Shown here: in pieces, positions 31,429-40,512 of the stretch | Layout of the letters: each line of letters starts with the position of its first letter | Numbering within the stretch: position 1 is the first letter of the stretch | Source of the DNA: a virus | Taxonomy: Duplodnaviria > Caudoviricetes | Length of the DNA stretch: 60,188 nucleotides | Strand: one strand, 5' to 3' | Virus record (IMG/VR): IMGVR_UViG_3300025108_000004 | Location: 1-60,188 of that record | Made by a program: the position numbers and the translations under genes | Notes under the pieces: model-generated | Databases searched by the model: none | Seen by the model: only the letters and a program-made list of their open reading frames with translations | What the model was told of the DNA's origin: nothing

Positions 31429-31559
31429 AATACAACTGGGGGGTCGTACGTGTGTTTCCCACGCCTGTACATGTTTACACGCGTCACGCTACGGCCTCCC
31501 AGTTCTAACCACGGTAGTCCACGGACTACCAACTACAACAGTGTTCGAGGAGAACGACT

Positions 31560-32495
31560 ATGTTACACAATGATTCAGTAGTCCACGGACTACCTACTAA
31601 CGAAACAGCACCAGCTATCAGTGCACCATCGACACCTTCGATTGCATCCTCTGCAATGCTAGTAGAGGTCAGCTTCTCTACGTGGACAGGGCGCAAGCTC
31701 GACAAGCGTGCATCGACTGACGTGACACGGACCAACGGTGCTGACTCCGGTATCGCTAACGTGCACAAGAAACTGCTAGGCAACTGTGACGAGTTAACAG
31801 CCGTTCAAAAGTTCGCGGCTAACGCACGTAACATTCACTACTCGATGACCATGCCGTGGTCTGATACAGGTATGCGCCTACTACCTACCGCCATGTATGC
31901 CAAATACCACAGCGCGATGACCGACTTCCAAAACGAGTTCGAGCGTTTGGCCCAAGTATTCATCAGCGCGTACGAGTGGGAGATCAGCCAAGCCCAAGCA
32001 CGTTTGGGTGCGTTGTTCAGCCGTGACGACTATCCCTCTGCCGATTCCATCGCATCTAAGTTCGGGTTTCGTATTAACTACTTACCGCTACCTGACGCGG
32101 GGGACTTTCGTGTTGACGTGGGCAACGACGCGCGTGATCAGTTGGTTGACCACTACAACGCGCAGTACAGCGGGTTCTTGGAGCGGGCCATGTCTGACGT
32201 GTGGCACCGTGTGTACGACTCACTCACTAAGATGTCAGAGCGTCTCGACTACGGTGACCACGAGAAGAAAAAGATATTTCGTGACTCGCTCGTGGACAAC
32301 GTGCTCGACATGGTGGATCTGCTCGACGTGTGCAACGTGACCGGTGACTCTCAGATGTCAGCTATGCGGCTACAGCTTGAGGATGCGCTTCGTGGGGTGA
32401 CACCGGACGCACTACGTGATGACGCGTTTCTACGTGCTGAGACTAAGCGCGCTGTGGACAGTGCCATCAAGTCTCTACCATCACTCGATATCTAA
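31560..32495 (+). CDS. DUF3150-like protein
   Basis: 311 aa (WTGRKLDK...HKKLLG...PWSDTGMRLLP...YPSADSIASKF); usual neighbour of MoxR/vWA genes in mobile elements. Family call is from recall. Confidence 0.6.
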   Translation: MLHNDSVVHGLPTNETAPAISAPSTPSIASSAMLVEVSFSTWTGRKLDKRASTDVTRTNGADSGIANVHKKLLGNCDELTAVQKFAANARNIHYSMTMPWSDTGMRLLPTAMYAKYHSAMTDFQNEFERLAQVFISAYEWEISQAQARLGALFSRDDYPSADSIASKFGFRINYLPLPDAGDFRVDVGNDARDQLVDHYNAQYSGFLERAMSDVWHRVYDSLTKMSERLDYGDHEKKKIFRDSLVDNVLDMVDLLDVCNVTGDSQMSAMRLQLEDALRGVTPDALRDDAFLRAETKRAVDSAIKSLPSLDI

Positions 32496-32549
32496 TAAAC
32501 AAACACACTACTAAAACGGTAGTCCGTGGACTACCAACGGAGAATGACA

Positions 32550-33638
32550 ATGAACGCACAAAATATGTATGCACTAAACCTAAGCCAAGTTGCCACTGCT
32601 ATTCAGCATGGCGGTACCGATCGAACGATTCTTGTACAGGGTCACATGGGTACAGGTAAGTCGTCACTACTTAACACGTTATCAGACACACTACCGAACC
32701 ACGTACCGTGTTACTTCGACTGTACCACCAAGGATCTGGGCGACATCATGATCCCCAAGATGGCGACACTCGACGACGCCGATTTCGTCAAATTTGCTAC
32801 CAATGAGGAGCTGGGTCTGCACCACGGCAAGCCGATCATCCTGATGATTGACGAGTACGGCAAGGCTAACCCCGCAGTTAAGAACGCGTTACTACGTGTG
32901 ATGTTGGAGCGCAAGGTCGGCGGCTACGAGCTACACCCTGACTCGATTGTGTTTGCCACGACTAACCTCGGGGCCGAGGGTGTCGGTGACTTGTTACCAC
33001 CACACGCACGCAACCGCATCACAGTGGTGACGCTACGTAAATCCAGCAACGTCGAGTGGATCGAGTGGGGCATCAACAACAACATCGACCCGACTGTACT
33101 CGGCTGGTGTAAGGACAACCCGCAGTTGTTCGCTGGGTTCGAGGATGTCAAAGACCCTGACGACAACCCGTACATCTACCACCCACGGGCGCAACGTGCG
33201 GCGTTTGTTACACCTCGCTCGCTCGAAGCCACATCCGATTGGCTCAAGCAACGTCACCTATTCGATGATCAGACCCTGACAAGTTTACTCATGGGTACTA
33301 TCGGTGACCGTGGTGCGATGGACCTGATGGCGTTTGTGAAGCTGGCCGATCAGCTACCCTCGCTCCAATCCATCAAGGATGACCCGCTAGGTGCCAAGGT
33401 CCCTGACAGTGCGGCGGCTGTGTGTATGGTTGTTTACAGGTCATTGGCTACGATGTCGGCTGACTGGGTTGACCAGTGGATGACATACCTCGACCGACTC
33501 GACGCTAGCGCACAAGGTTTGTTCGGTGGACAGGTGACGCGTGACACATACGCACACCGCAAGATCATCATGACTAATCGCAAGTTCACCGACTGGGCGA
33601 TGGCTAACAACCACATGTTCGCGGCGGACAAGAAGTAG
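32550..33638 (+). CDS. MoxR-like AAA+ ATPase
   Basis: Walker A GHMGTGKS, Walker B ILMIDE, sensor ATTN, RNR arginine finger, TPRS sensor II. Start set by the GGAGA RBS at 32539. Confidence 0.85.
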   Translation: MNAQNMYALNLSQVATAIQHGGTDRTILVQGHMGTGKSSLLNTLSDTLPNHVPCYFDCTTKDLGDIMIPKMATLDDADFVKFATNEELGLHHGKPIILMIDEYGKANPAVKNALLRVMLERKVGGYELHPDSIVFATTNLGAEGVGDLLPPHARNRITVVTLRKSSNVEWIEWGINNNIDPTVLGWCKDNPQLFAGFEDVKDPDDNPYIYHPRAQRAAFVTPRSLEATSDWLKQRHLFDDQTLTSLLMGTIGDRGAMDLMAFVKLADQLPSLQSIKDDPLGAKVPDSAAAVCMVVYRSLATMSADWVDQWMTYLDRLDASAQGLFGGQVTRDTYAHRKIIMTNRKFTDWAMANNHMFAADKK

Positions 33639-33665
33639 TCCACGGACTACCACAAGGAGAACGAC

Positions 33666-34892
33666 ATGCTATCTATTGGTAAACAACTGACAGTCGAGCA
33701 ACGTGTGAGCAAGGCTGTTTACGATATCGTCAACAACCCCAAGTATGTGGCGTTGGCTGGTGTGATCATGATCGGTGAGCGTACGGTGTCTGACACAGTG
33801 CCCACCGCATGTACCAACGGACGCGATGAAACCTACGGACGTGCGTTTGTTGACTCACTCAACGATGCGGAGCTTCGATTCTTGATACTGCACGAGGTGT
33901 ACCACAAGTTGTACAAACACCTCACCACGTGGGAGTGGATGTACAAGAAGGACGCACAGCTTGCCAACGTCGCGTGTGACCATGTGATCAACATCAAGAT
34001 CAGTGACGACAACACTGACGGGTTCGCTGTCATGCCATCCCAAGGGTGTCGCGACTACGAGTACCGTGGTTGGGACGAGGCACGCGTGTTCAAACATCTA
34101 TGTGATAACGACTCATCAGATGATCAAAACGCGGACGGTTCAGGTGCCAATACCAACGTTGCCACTGGAGTCAATACGCATGGAGGGTTCGACGAGCACG
34201 ACTGGGAGGGTGCACAAGAGTTGACCGACGACGACAAGCGCGAGCTTGCACGTGACATCGACGAGGCCATACGTCAGGGTGCGATGGTTGCTGGCAAGAT
34301 TGGCGACGGCTCAGAGCGTGATCGGTTCGGTGACTTGCTCGAAGCACAGATCAATTGGCGTGAGGTATTGCGCGAGTTCATCAACACAACGTGCGCGGGC
34401 AGTGACTATAGTACATGGTCCCGTCCTAACAGGCGCTACGTATCATCGGGGTATTACATGCCAAGCGGTATCAACGACCAAGTGGGTGAGCTAGTCATAG
34501 CCATTGACACGTCAGGGTCTATTGGACAACGTGAGTTGACACTCTTCATGAGTGAGATACACCAAATCTGTCAATCGCTCTCGCCTGAACGCGTACGTGT
34601 TTTGTACTGGGACTCTCGGGTTCGTGGTAACGAGACATACGATATGCACGAGCTTGACGATCTACCCAAGGCGACTAAGCCTATCGGCGGTGGTGGTACC
34701 AATGTCGAGTGTGTCCCCAACTACATGCGTGATGAGAGTATCAAGCCCCAAGCGTGTGTGGTGTTGACCGATGGGTACGTCTGGGGATCATGGGGTCAAT
34801 GGGACTGCCCCGTGTTATGGTGTATCCTCGACAACAAAACAGCAAAGCCTGACACAGGTAAGCACGTAAACATACAATCTGGAGACCTATAA
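33666..34892 (+). CDS. HExxH metallopeptidase-like + vWA domain protein (DUF2201-type)
   Basis: TACTNG, HEVYH, MIDAS motif IDTSGS, GGGGTN, LTDG. Confidence 0.85.
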   Translation: MLSIGKQLTVEQRVSKAVYDIVNNPKYVALAGVIMIGERTVSDTVPTACTNGRDETYGRAFVDSLNDAELRFLILHEVYHKLYKHLTTWEWMYKKDAQLANVACDHVINIKISDDNTDGFAVMPSQGCRDYEYRGWDEARVFKHLCDNDSSDDQNADGSGANTNVATGVNTHGGFDEHDWEGAQELTDDDKRELARDIDEAIRQGAMVAGKIGDGSERDRFGDLLEAQINWREVLREFINTTCAGSDYSTWSRPNRRYVSSGYYMPSGINDQVGELVIAIDTSGSIGQRELTLFMSEIHQICQSLSPERVRVLYWDSRVRGNETYDMHELDDLPKATKPIGGGGTNVECVPNYMRDESIKPQACVVLTDGYVWGSWGQWDCPVLWCILDNKTAKPDTGKHVNIQSGDL

Positions 34893-35041
34893 TGGACAGT
34901 AGAGTTGATATCGTTTATGTAATCCAACGCCTCAACCGTATATTGGAGAACAGGGTGGGTATGGCGGACGCTTTGGATGAGTTTCGTGATGAGTTACTCC
35001 ACAATTTGACAGTGCACCCTACAACCAACGAGGAACAATAG
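34892..35041 (+). CDS. 49-aa hypothetical protein not in the ORF track
   Basis: ATG overlaps the upstream TAA; GGAG RBS; MDSRVDIVYVIQRLNRILE... Confidence 0.55.
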   Translation: MDSRVDIVYVIQRLNRILENRVGMADALDEFRDELLHNLTVHPTTNEEQ

Positions 35042-35043
35042 AT

Positions 35044-35208
35044 ATGGAATACGCATTCGCAACTGCAATCATCGATAAGATCGTGAGGGACCACTGCAAC
35101 GCGCTACTCGTGCGGGGCGAGCTGAATCACGACGAGCTAACACCCGAGACCGCCAAGCGTGAGGTCGAGGTAATCAAAAACGCGTACGACAAAGTACGCA
35201 ACGGATAA
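35044..35208 (+). CDS. 54-aa hypothetical protein not in the ORF track
   Basis: GAGGA RBS; MEYAFATAIIDKIVRDHC...; the stop abuts a palindrome. Confidence 0.6.
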   Translation: MEYAFATAIIDKIVRDHCNALLVRGELNHDELTPETAKREVEVIKNAYDKVRNG

Positions 35209-35246
35209 CGGTAGTCCACGGACTACCAAATAACGAGGAGAGAACA

Positions 35247-36170
35247 ATGAGCTTTAAATGGGTATCAGCACAACAGTGTAGGGATCAAGCGGCGGAGTCA
35301 TGGAAGTTCGATGGGCTTGGTGATGAGGATGACCGTGCTATGTTCCGACAGTTCACGCAGGATGTAGGTGGCGCATTATGTTCACGTGATTCAGGTATCA
35401 CGTTTGTGCAACGCACCAGAACGTCTTCATGGGTGCTACGTGACGACTGTCCTTGGGCTATCGGGTGGATTGGATACAGCGACATCCGTGATTCGCAGGT
35501 AGGTGGTTGGAAGCCGACATACAACGTGCACTCGTGGGCTATCACTAACGACAAGTACAGCAGTGGTAACAGCAACCGCCACACCAAGTCATCCACCAAC
35601 ATCGGCACAGCGATCAAGAATGCTAAGACATACTTGCGCCGACCTTCGCCGATTATGTTGGCTGGCGTGAAACGTGGTGTGTTGGAGAAAGGTATTCGGG
35701 AGGAGTTCGACAAGGTACGCAAGGGTGCAAACGAGACGGCAACTAAGGTGGTGGATATCGTGACAAGTATGTATGGCAACGTTAGGCAGAATAACAAGCG
35801 ACTATTCAAGGAGCTCAAGCACTTGCTCGACATGGGGCACGAGTTCTTAGATCCACAGTTCGGGTCAGATGTTCGCGCTATGGTGCACGCTGATCAGGTG
35901 ATGGGTGAGTCAGCCGTCGAGAACATTCCGTTCTACTGTGTGATGACATACGAGTCGCGTGGTAAGAATGTGTTCGATGTGGTCAAAGGTACGCAGGTCA
36001 ACCCGTACAGTGCCGAGATCAACGAGCAGTACAACAGGTTCACCGAGGATATGTTGCCCGAGGAGATCACACGTAAACTTGCTGTACTGCAAATGCTAGA
36101 CAGCGAAGACTTCGTGGACGGTGTGGGTGTCAGTGTGGGTGGTGGTATCTACTATGTCCTCGCCGATTGA
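35247..36170 (+). CDS. Hypothetical protein
   Basis: 307-aa ORF with a GAGGAG RBS after a palindrome. Confidence 0.8.
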   Translation: MSFKWVSAQQCRDQAAESWKFDGLGDEDDRAMFRQFTQDVGGALCSRDSGITFVQRTRTSSWVLRDDCPWAIGWIGYSDIRDSQVGGWKPTYNVHSWAITNDKYSSGNSNRHTKSSTNIGTAIKNAKTYLRRPSPIMLAGVKRGVLEKGIREEFDKVRKGANETATKVVDIVTSMYGNVRQNNKRLFKELKHLLDMGHEFLDPQFGSDVRAMVHADQVMGESAVENIPFYCVMTYESRGKNVFDVVKGTQVNPYSAEINEQYNRFTEDMLPEEITRKLAVLQMLDSEDFVDGVGVSVGGGIYYVLAD

Positions 36171-36456
36171 AGGTTCAGTTGTTGAAGAAGTTTATCACAT
36201 AGTTGATAACACGTTACCACCAGATGATAACATCTACCGCGTCGTGGTATACCCTAATACAAAAAGTGTCTTAGTCTCGTGTTTTGGTATGGAAGGTGTT
36301 GACGTGGCAGTGGAGGGAGCATACGATTCGGTGGACGAGTTACCTAAATGGATACAGCGCAAGCTGGCGGTACTCACTATGCTCAAGGTAGACGACAGTC
36401 TACTCGATACAGGTAGGCGCATAGATGAGGATACCTTCTGGGTGTATCGGTCTTAG
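36154..36456 (+). CDS. Hypothetical protein sharing a C-terminal motif with the preceding gene
   Basis: LPKWIQRKLAVLTML versus LPEEITRKLAVLQML. Confidence 0.7.
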   Translation: MSSPIEGSVVEEVYHIVDNTLPPDDNIYRVVVYPNTKSVLVSCFGMEGVDVAVEGAYDSVDELPKWIQRKLAVLTMLKVDDSLLDTGRRIDEDTFWVYRS

Positions 36457-36471
36457 TAGTGTGAGACGTTC

Positions 36472-36495
36472 GGGGAGCTTCGGCTCCCCTTTTTT
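36472..36495 (+). terminator. Intrinsic terminator ending the early operon
   Basis: GGGGAGC-TTCG-GCTCCCC then TTTTTT. Confidence 0.9.
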
Positions 36496-36538
36496 GTGTC
36501 CGTAAAATGGTAGTCCGTGGACTACCAAGGAGAGAATC

Positions 36539-36841
36539 ATGGCGATGACGCCCGAAGCAAAAGTGAAGAAGAAGGTAGTGGCACACCTGAAGACGTTAGG
36601 AGCTTATTACTTTTATCCGGTTACCGGGGGATACGGTAAGAGCGGTGTCCCTGACATCATTGGATGTTACAAAGGGTTGTTCTTTGGCATCGAATGTAAA
36701 GCAGGAAAAAATACGCCTACCCCATTGCAAGAAAAGAATCTGAATGATATAAAACTAAACCACGGCATAGCGTTAGTCATAAATGAAACCAACATCGACG
36801 ATGTGCTGAGTGTCTTGGAGGAGAGGACAAATGGAATTTAA
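36539..36841 (+). CDS. VRR-NUC family nuclease (putative resolvase)
   Basis: E.KVK...SGVPDII...FFGIECKAG...TPLQ PD-(D/E)xK signature. Confidence 0.85.
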   Translation: MAMTPEAKVKKKVVAHLKTLGAYYFYPVTGGYGKSGVPDIIGCYKGLFFGIECKAGKNTPTPLQEKNLNDIKLNHGIALVINETNIDDVLSVLEERTNGI

Positions 36842-37070
36842 TAAGTTTCCACCAGAGGCATACGCCGAGAATGGTTGGGTCATTGCGGGCGACGATCGTT
36901 ACCGACTGCGTCCTGACGGGCTGACGTTTGAAGCGTTCACACCTGATGGATTCTTTGTGTATGGCCTGACCGATGCCGACGATGAGTCGATCGGGTTGCT
37001 GGCGCAAGCGAGTGAACAGGATGCCTACCACCCTGAGCTTGACGCAGACCTCGACCCCACCAGATTGTGA
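36831..37070 (+). CDS. Small acidic hypothetical protein
   Basis: GGAG/GAGGA RBS before the ATG at 36831. Confidence 0.6.
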   Translation: MEFNKFPPEAYAENGWVIAGDDRYRLRPDGLTFEAFTPDGFFVYGLTDADDESIGLLAQASEQDAYHPELDADLDPTRL

Positions 37071-37141
37071 CAACTGGTATCAATGTAGCGCCGGACCTTG
37101 CCGGTCGCGTATAGCTTTTTTAAAAACAAAGGAGAACAGCA

Positions 37142-37420
37142 ATGACCAAAGCAAAGATGATTCGTGCTTATTTAAAGCAAGACCCCGACGCAAGCCCAAA
37201 CACAGTTTCAAAGATGGTCGGTGTTTCGTATGGCTACGCATACAAGATTGTCAAAGAGGAGCAAGCGAAGCGGGCAACTGCTGAAGCTATAACTAAACAC
37301 GTCGAAGAAACAACCGCCTCGTCAAAACCAAAACGCACCACAAGAAAACTGCGGGTGTGTTGGAAAAGACTCGTAAAGAAGTTTATGCGTCTTACAGGTC
37401 TTTACACGGAGACCAAGTAA
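37142..37420 (+). CDS. Putative helix-turn-helix DNA-binding protein
   Basis: SPNTVSKMVGVSYGYAYKIV fits an HTH pattern; AAGGAG RBS. Confidence 0.55.
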   Translation: MTKAKMIRAYLKQDPDASPNTVSKMVGVSYGYAYKIVKEEQAKRATAEAITKHVEETTASSKPKRTTRKLRVCWKRLVKKFMRLTGLYTETK

Positions 37421-39249
37421 TGAACCTGATCACTCTCGATTTCGAGACGTACTACGATAGAGACTTTTCTCTGTCAAAGATGACGACCGAAGAATACATT
37501 CGTGCCCCGCGATTTGAAGTCATTGGTGTGGGTGTAAAGGTTAACAATGGAAGCACTGAATGGGCGAGTGGCACACATGAGGATATTAAGCGATACCTAC
37601 ACACCTTCGATTGGGCGGATAGTATGTTACTCGCTCATAACACTATGTTTGATGGCGCTATTCTTTCTTGGCTTTTTGATGTTCATCCTCGGGTTTACGC
37701 TGACACTCTTTGTATCGCCCGTGCTTTACATGGGGTTGATGCTGGCGGAAGTCTCAAGGCGTTATCTGAACGATATCAGATCGGCGTTAAGGGGACCGAG
37801 GTTCTAAACGCATTAGGTAAACGCCGTGCCGATTTCACCGCACAAGAGCTTTCGCAGTACGGTGACTACTGTATTAACGACGTCGAGCTGACCTACAAAC
37901 TCTTTAACATCTTTATGCGCAAAGGGTTCCCCAAGCAGGAGCTACAGTTAATTGACTGCACGCTACGTATGTTTGTTGAACCAGTGTTGGATCTGGACAT
38001 CGGCCTTCTCGAACAGCACCTCGAAGATACCAAGGAGCAGAAGGATCAGCTACTTGAGTCGGCGGGAGTGTCTAAAGAAGATCTCATGTCTAACCCGAAG
38101 TTTGCCGAAGTTCTTGAGGGGCTAGGTGTGAAGCCGCCCATGAAGATCAGTGCAACCACAGGTAAAGAAACTTATGCGTTCGCTAAATCTGATGAAGACT
38201 TCAAGGCGTTGTCTGACCACGAGGACGCACGTGTCCAAGCAGTGGTAGCCGCGAGGCTAGGTAACAAAAGTACCTTGGAAGAGACGCGCACGCAGAGGTT
38301 CATCGATATAGGTAAACGTGGCACGTTGCCCGTACCCGTACGTTATTACGCCGCACACACCGGACGCTGGGGTGGTGATGACAAGATCAATATGCAGAAC
38401 CTACCTAGTCGTGGGCCAAACGGTAAGAAGTTAAAGAAAAGTATCTTAGCTCCCGAAGGTTTTACCCTCATTGATGCGGATAGTGCACAGATCGAGGCAC
38501 GAGTGCTGGCATGGCTGGCAGAGCAGGACGATCTCACAGCGGCATTTGATGCAGGAGAAGACGTTTACGTAAAGATGGCTTCGCGGATTTATGGTTGCGA
38601 CGAAGCGGACGTGACAAAAGATCAACGGTTTGTAGGTAAGACCACCATCCTCGGTGCGGGCTACGGTATGGGCGCAGTCAAGTTCCAAGCACAGCTAAAG
38701 AACTTTGGGTTTGAAGTGGAGCTTGATGAGGCTCGTCGCATCATAAACATTTATCGCGAGTCCAACTGGAAGATCAACCACTTGTGGCGCAACTGTCAGA
38801 ACATGATTCGTTACATGACCAACGGTGACACTATGCAGGTAGGTAAGGCTGGTGTGTTGGAAGTGTTGGGATCGGAACGTGCTGTCAGATTACCGTCAGG
38901 GTTGTTGCTACGGTATAACGACTTATCAGCAGAACAAACCGAGAACGGGTTGGAGTACAGCTACAAGACCCGTCGAGGCCGAACTCGAATTTACGGCGGT
39001 AAGGCTACAGAGAACCTGTGCCAAGCAGTAGCGCGTTGCATAATTGGTGAGCAGATGCTACAAATTAGCAAGAGATACCGCGTTGTGTTAACAGTTCACG
39101 ATTCGATTGTGGCCTGTGTACGTGACGAAGAGGTGGACGAAGCACAAGCGTACATCGAAGATTGTATGCGCCAAGTCCCAACATGGGCGGCAGGTTTACC
39201 TATCGACTGCGAGAGTGGTACAGGTAGGTCGTATGGAGATTGTGAGTGA
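37420..39249 (+). CDS. polA: Family A DNA polymerase with 3'-5' exonuclease
   Basis: Exo I LDFET, motif A DSAQIEAR, motif B RFVGKTTILGAGYG, motif C VHDS. Confidence 0.95.
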   Translation: MNLITLDFETYYDRDFSLSKMTTEEYIRAPRFEVIGVGVKVNNGSTEWASGTHEDIKRYLHTFDWADSMLLAHNTMFDGAILSWLFDVHPRVYADTLCIARALHGVDAGGSLKALSERYQIGVKGTEVLNALGKRRADFTAQELSQYGDYCINDVELTYKLFNIFMRKGFPKQELQLIDCTLRMFVEPVLDLDIGLLEQHLEDTKEQKDQLLESAGVSKEDLMSNPKFAEVLEGLGVKPPMKISATTGKETYAFAKSDEDFKALSDHEDARVQAVVAARLGNKSTLEETRTQRFIDIGKRGTLPVPVRYYAAHTGRWGGDDKINMQNLPSRGPNGKKLKKSILAPEGFTLIDADSAQIEARVLAWLAEQDDLTAAFDAGEDVYVKMASRIYGCDEADVTKDQRFVGKTTILGAGYGMGAVKFQAQLKNFGFEVELDEARRIINIYRESNWKINHLWRNCQNMIRYMTNGDTMQVGKAGVLEVLGSERAVRLPSGLLLRYNDLSAEQTENGLEYSYKTRRGRTRIYGGKATENLCQAVARCIIGEQMLQISKRYRVVLTVHDSIVACVRDEEVDEAQAYIEDCMRQVPTWAAGLPIDCESGTGRSYGDCE

Positions 39250-39917
39250 GTATAGCGCCGTGGTCGTTTAGCAAGGCGAAAGCCTTTGAGCAGTGCCCTA
39301 AACAGTTCTATCACGAGAAGATTCTCCAAGAGTATCCGTTCGTCGAGACTGAAGCTATTCGCTACGGCAATGCGTTTCATACAGCCGCTGAGGAATACAT
39401 CCGAGACGGTACTCCGCTCCCTAAAATGTTCGACTACGCGCAAGCTATGCTCGACTCACTCAACACCAAGAAAGGCGCGAAGCTGTGTGAAGAGAAGCTG
39501 GGTGTAACTGAGAACTTGTTACCGTGTAGCTTCTACGACAAAGAAGTGTGGTACCGAGGTATTGCTGACCTATTGATTATCAACGAAGAAGACGGGTTGG
39601 CATGGGTAATTGATTACAAGACAGGTAAGAGTGCGAAGTACGCTGACAAGGGACAGCTAGAGTTGATGGCGCTGTTGGTGTTCGCACACTACCCAAAGAT
39701 TACGCACGTACGTGCTGGGTTGTTGTTCGTCGTGAGTAATGACCTAGTAAAAGATAGCTACGCCGATTCCGATGCGGGTATGCTGTGGACTAAGTGGACA
39801 AATATCTACTCGATTATGCAGATGGCTGAGAAACGTAACGTGTGGAATGCCCGACCGAGTGGGTTATGTAAGCGCCACTGTCCAGTAACAGTATGTGTAC
39901 ACAACGGGAGTAACTAA
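39246..39917 (+). CDS. PD-(D/E)xK (Cas4/RecB-like) exonuclease
   Basis: SFS...CP, GIADL, IDYKTGK, QL and a C-terminal CxxxCxxxxC cluster. Confidence 0.85.
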   Translation: MSIAPWSFSKAKAFEQCPKQFYHEKILQEYPFVETEAIRYGNAFHTAAEEYIRDGTPLPKMFDYAQAMLDSLNTKKGAKLCEEKLGVTENLLPCSFYDKEVWYRGIADLLIINEEDGLAWVIDYKTGKSAKYADKGQLELMALLVFAHYPKITHVRAGLLFVVSNDLVKDSYADSDAGMLWTKWTNIYSIMQMAEKRNVWNARPSGLCKRHCPVTVCVHNGSN

Positions 39918-40192
39918 TGGCACGTAACTACAAGAAAGAGTACAGGCTACAGCAGGCACGTGGCGAACACGAAGATCGTATGGAGCGTCAACGCGCCCGT
40001 CGTAAGATGGATAAGACAGGTAAAGATGCTAACAACAACGGTAAGGCTGATAAGCGCGAGGGTAAAGATGTAGCGCACAAGAAGCCGCTGTCACGTGGTG
40101 GGTCTAACAAGGACGGTGTGTCTGTACAAAGCCGAAGCCGCAACCGTGCAGATGGTGGTCGTTTGAGCCGTGGGCCACGGAGAAACAAGTAA
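39917..40192 (+). CDS. HNH-like small endonuclease
   Basis: DVAHKKPLSRGGSN...SRNR. Confidence 0.7.
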   Translation: MARNYKKEYRLQQARGEHEDRMERQRARRKMDKTGKDANNNGKADKREGKDVAHKKPLSRGGSNKDGVSVQSRSRNRADGGRLSRGPRRNK

Positions 40193-40512
40193 TGGCATTT
40201 CCTTTGGTTGTATGGGAGAGGACAAGGCTTCTCCTGATATCAGGTTATCGAGAGGACGAGGTGGCGTCTAACCTCGCTCTTGAGTTCGCTGATAACCTTG
40301 ATGAGTTCCAACTAGAAGACCTACCCATGTTGGTACGGTCTGCAAATAGACAAATACAAATGATTAAAAGAAAAAATCACACGCCAGTAAAAGAGCGTCG
40401 TGTATATGGAGAACCCCGTGCAAGTGTTAAAGAACAAGGCTCTATTGCTACGATTACGAAACCCAAACAAAGTGACGACGGTGCTACCGAAAAGTCAGGA
40501 ACTTTCGGGTAA
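40192..40512 (+). CDS. Hypothetical protein
   Basis: ATG overlaps the upstream stop; 3' end overlaps the helicase gene. Confidence 0.5.
   Translation: MAFPLVVWERTRLLLISGYREDEVASNLALEFADNLDEFQLEDLPMLVRSANRQIQMIKRKNHTPVKERRVYGEPRASVKEQGSIATITKPKQSDDGATEKSGTFG

Larger units (their letters stand above)
29808..36526. repeat. Eight dispersed copies of the 18-bp palindrome (G/A)GTAGTCC-RY-GGACTACC
   Basis: Copies start at 29808, 30876, 31513, 31577, 32518, 33634, 35210 and 36509. Confidence 0.95.
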
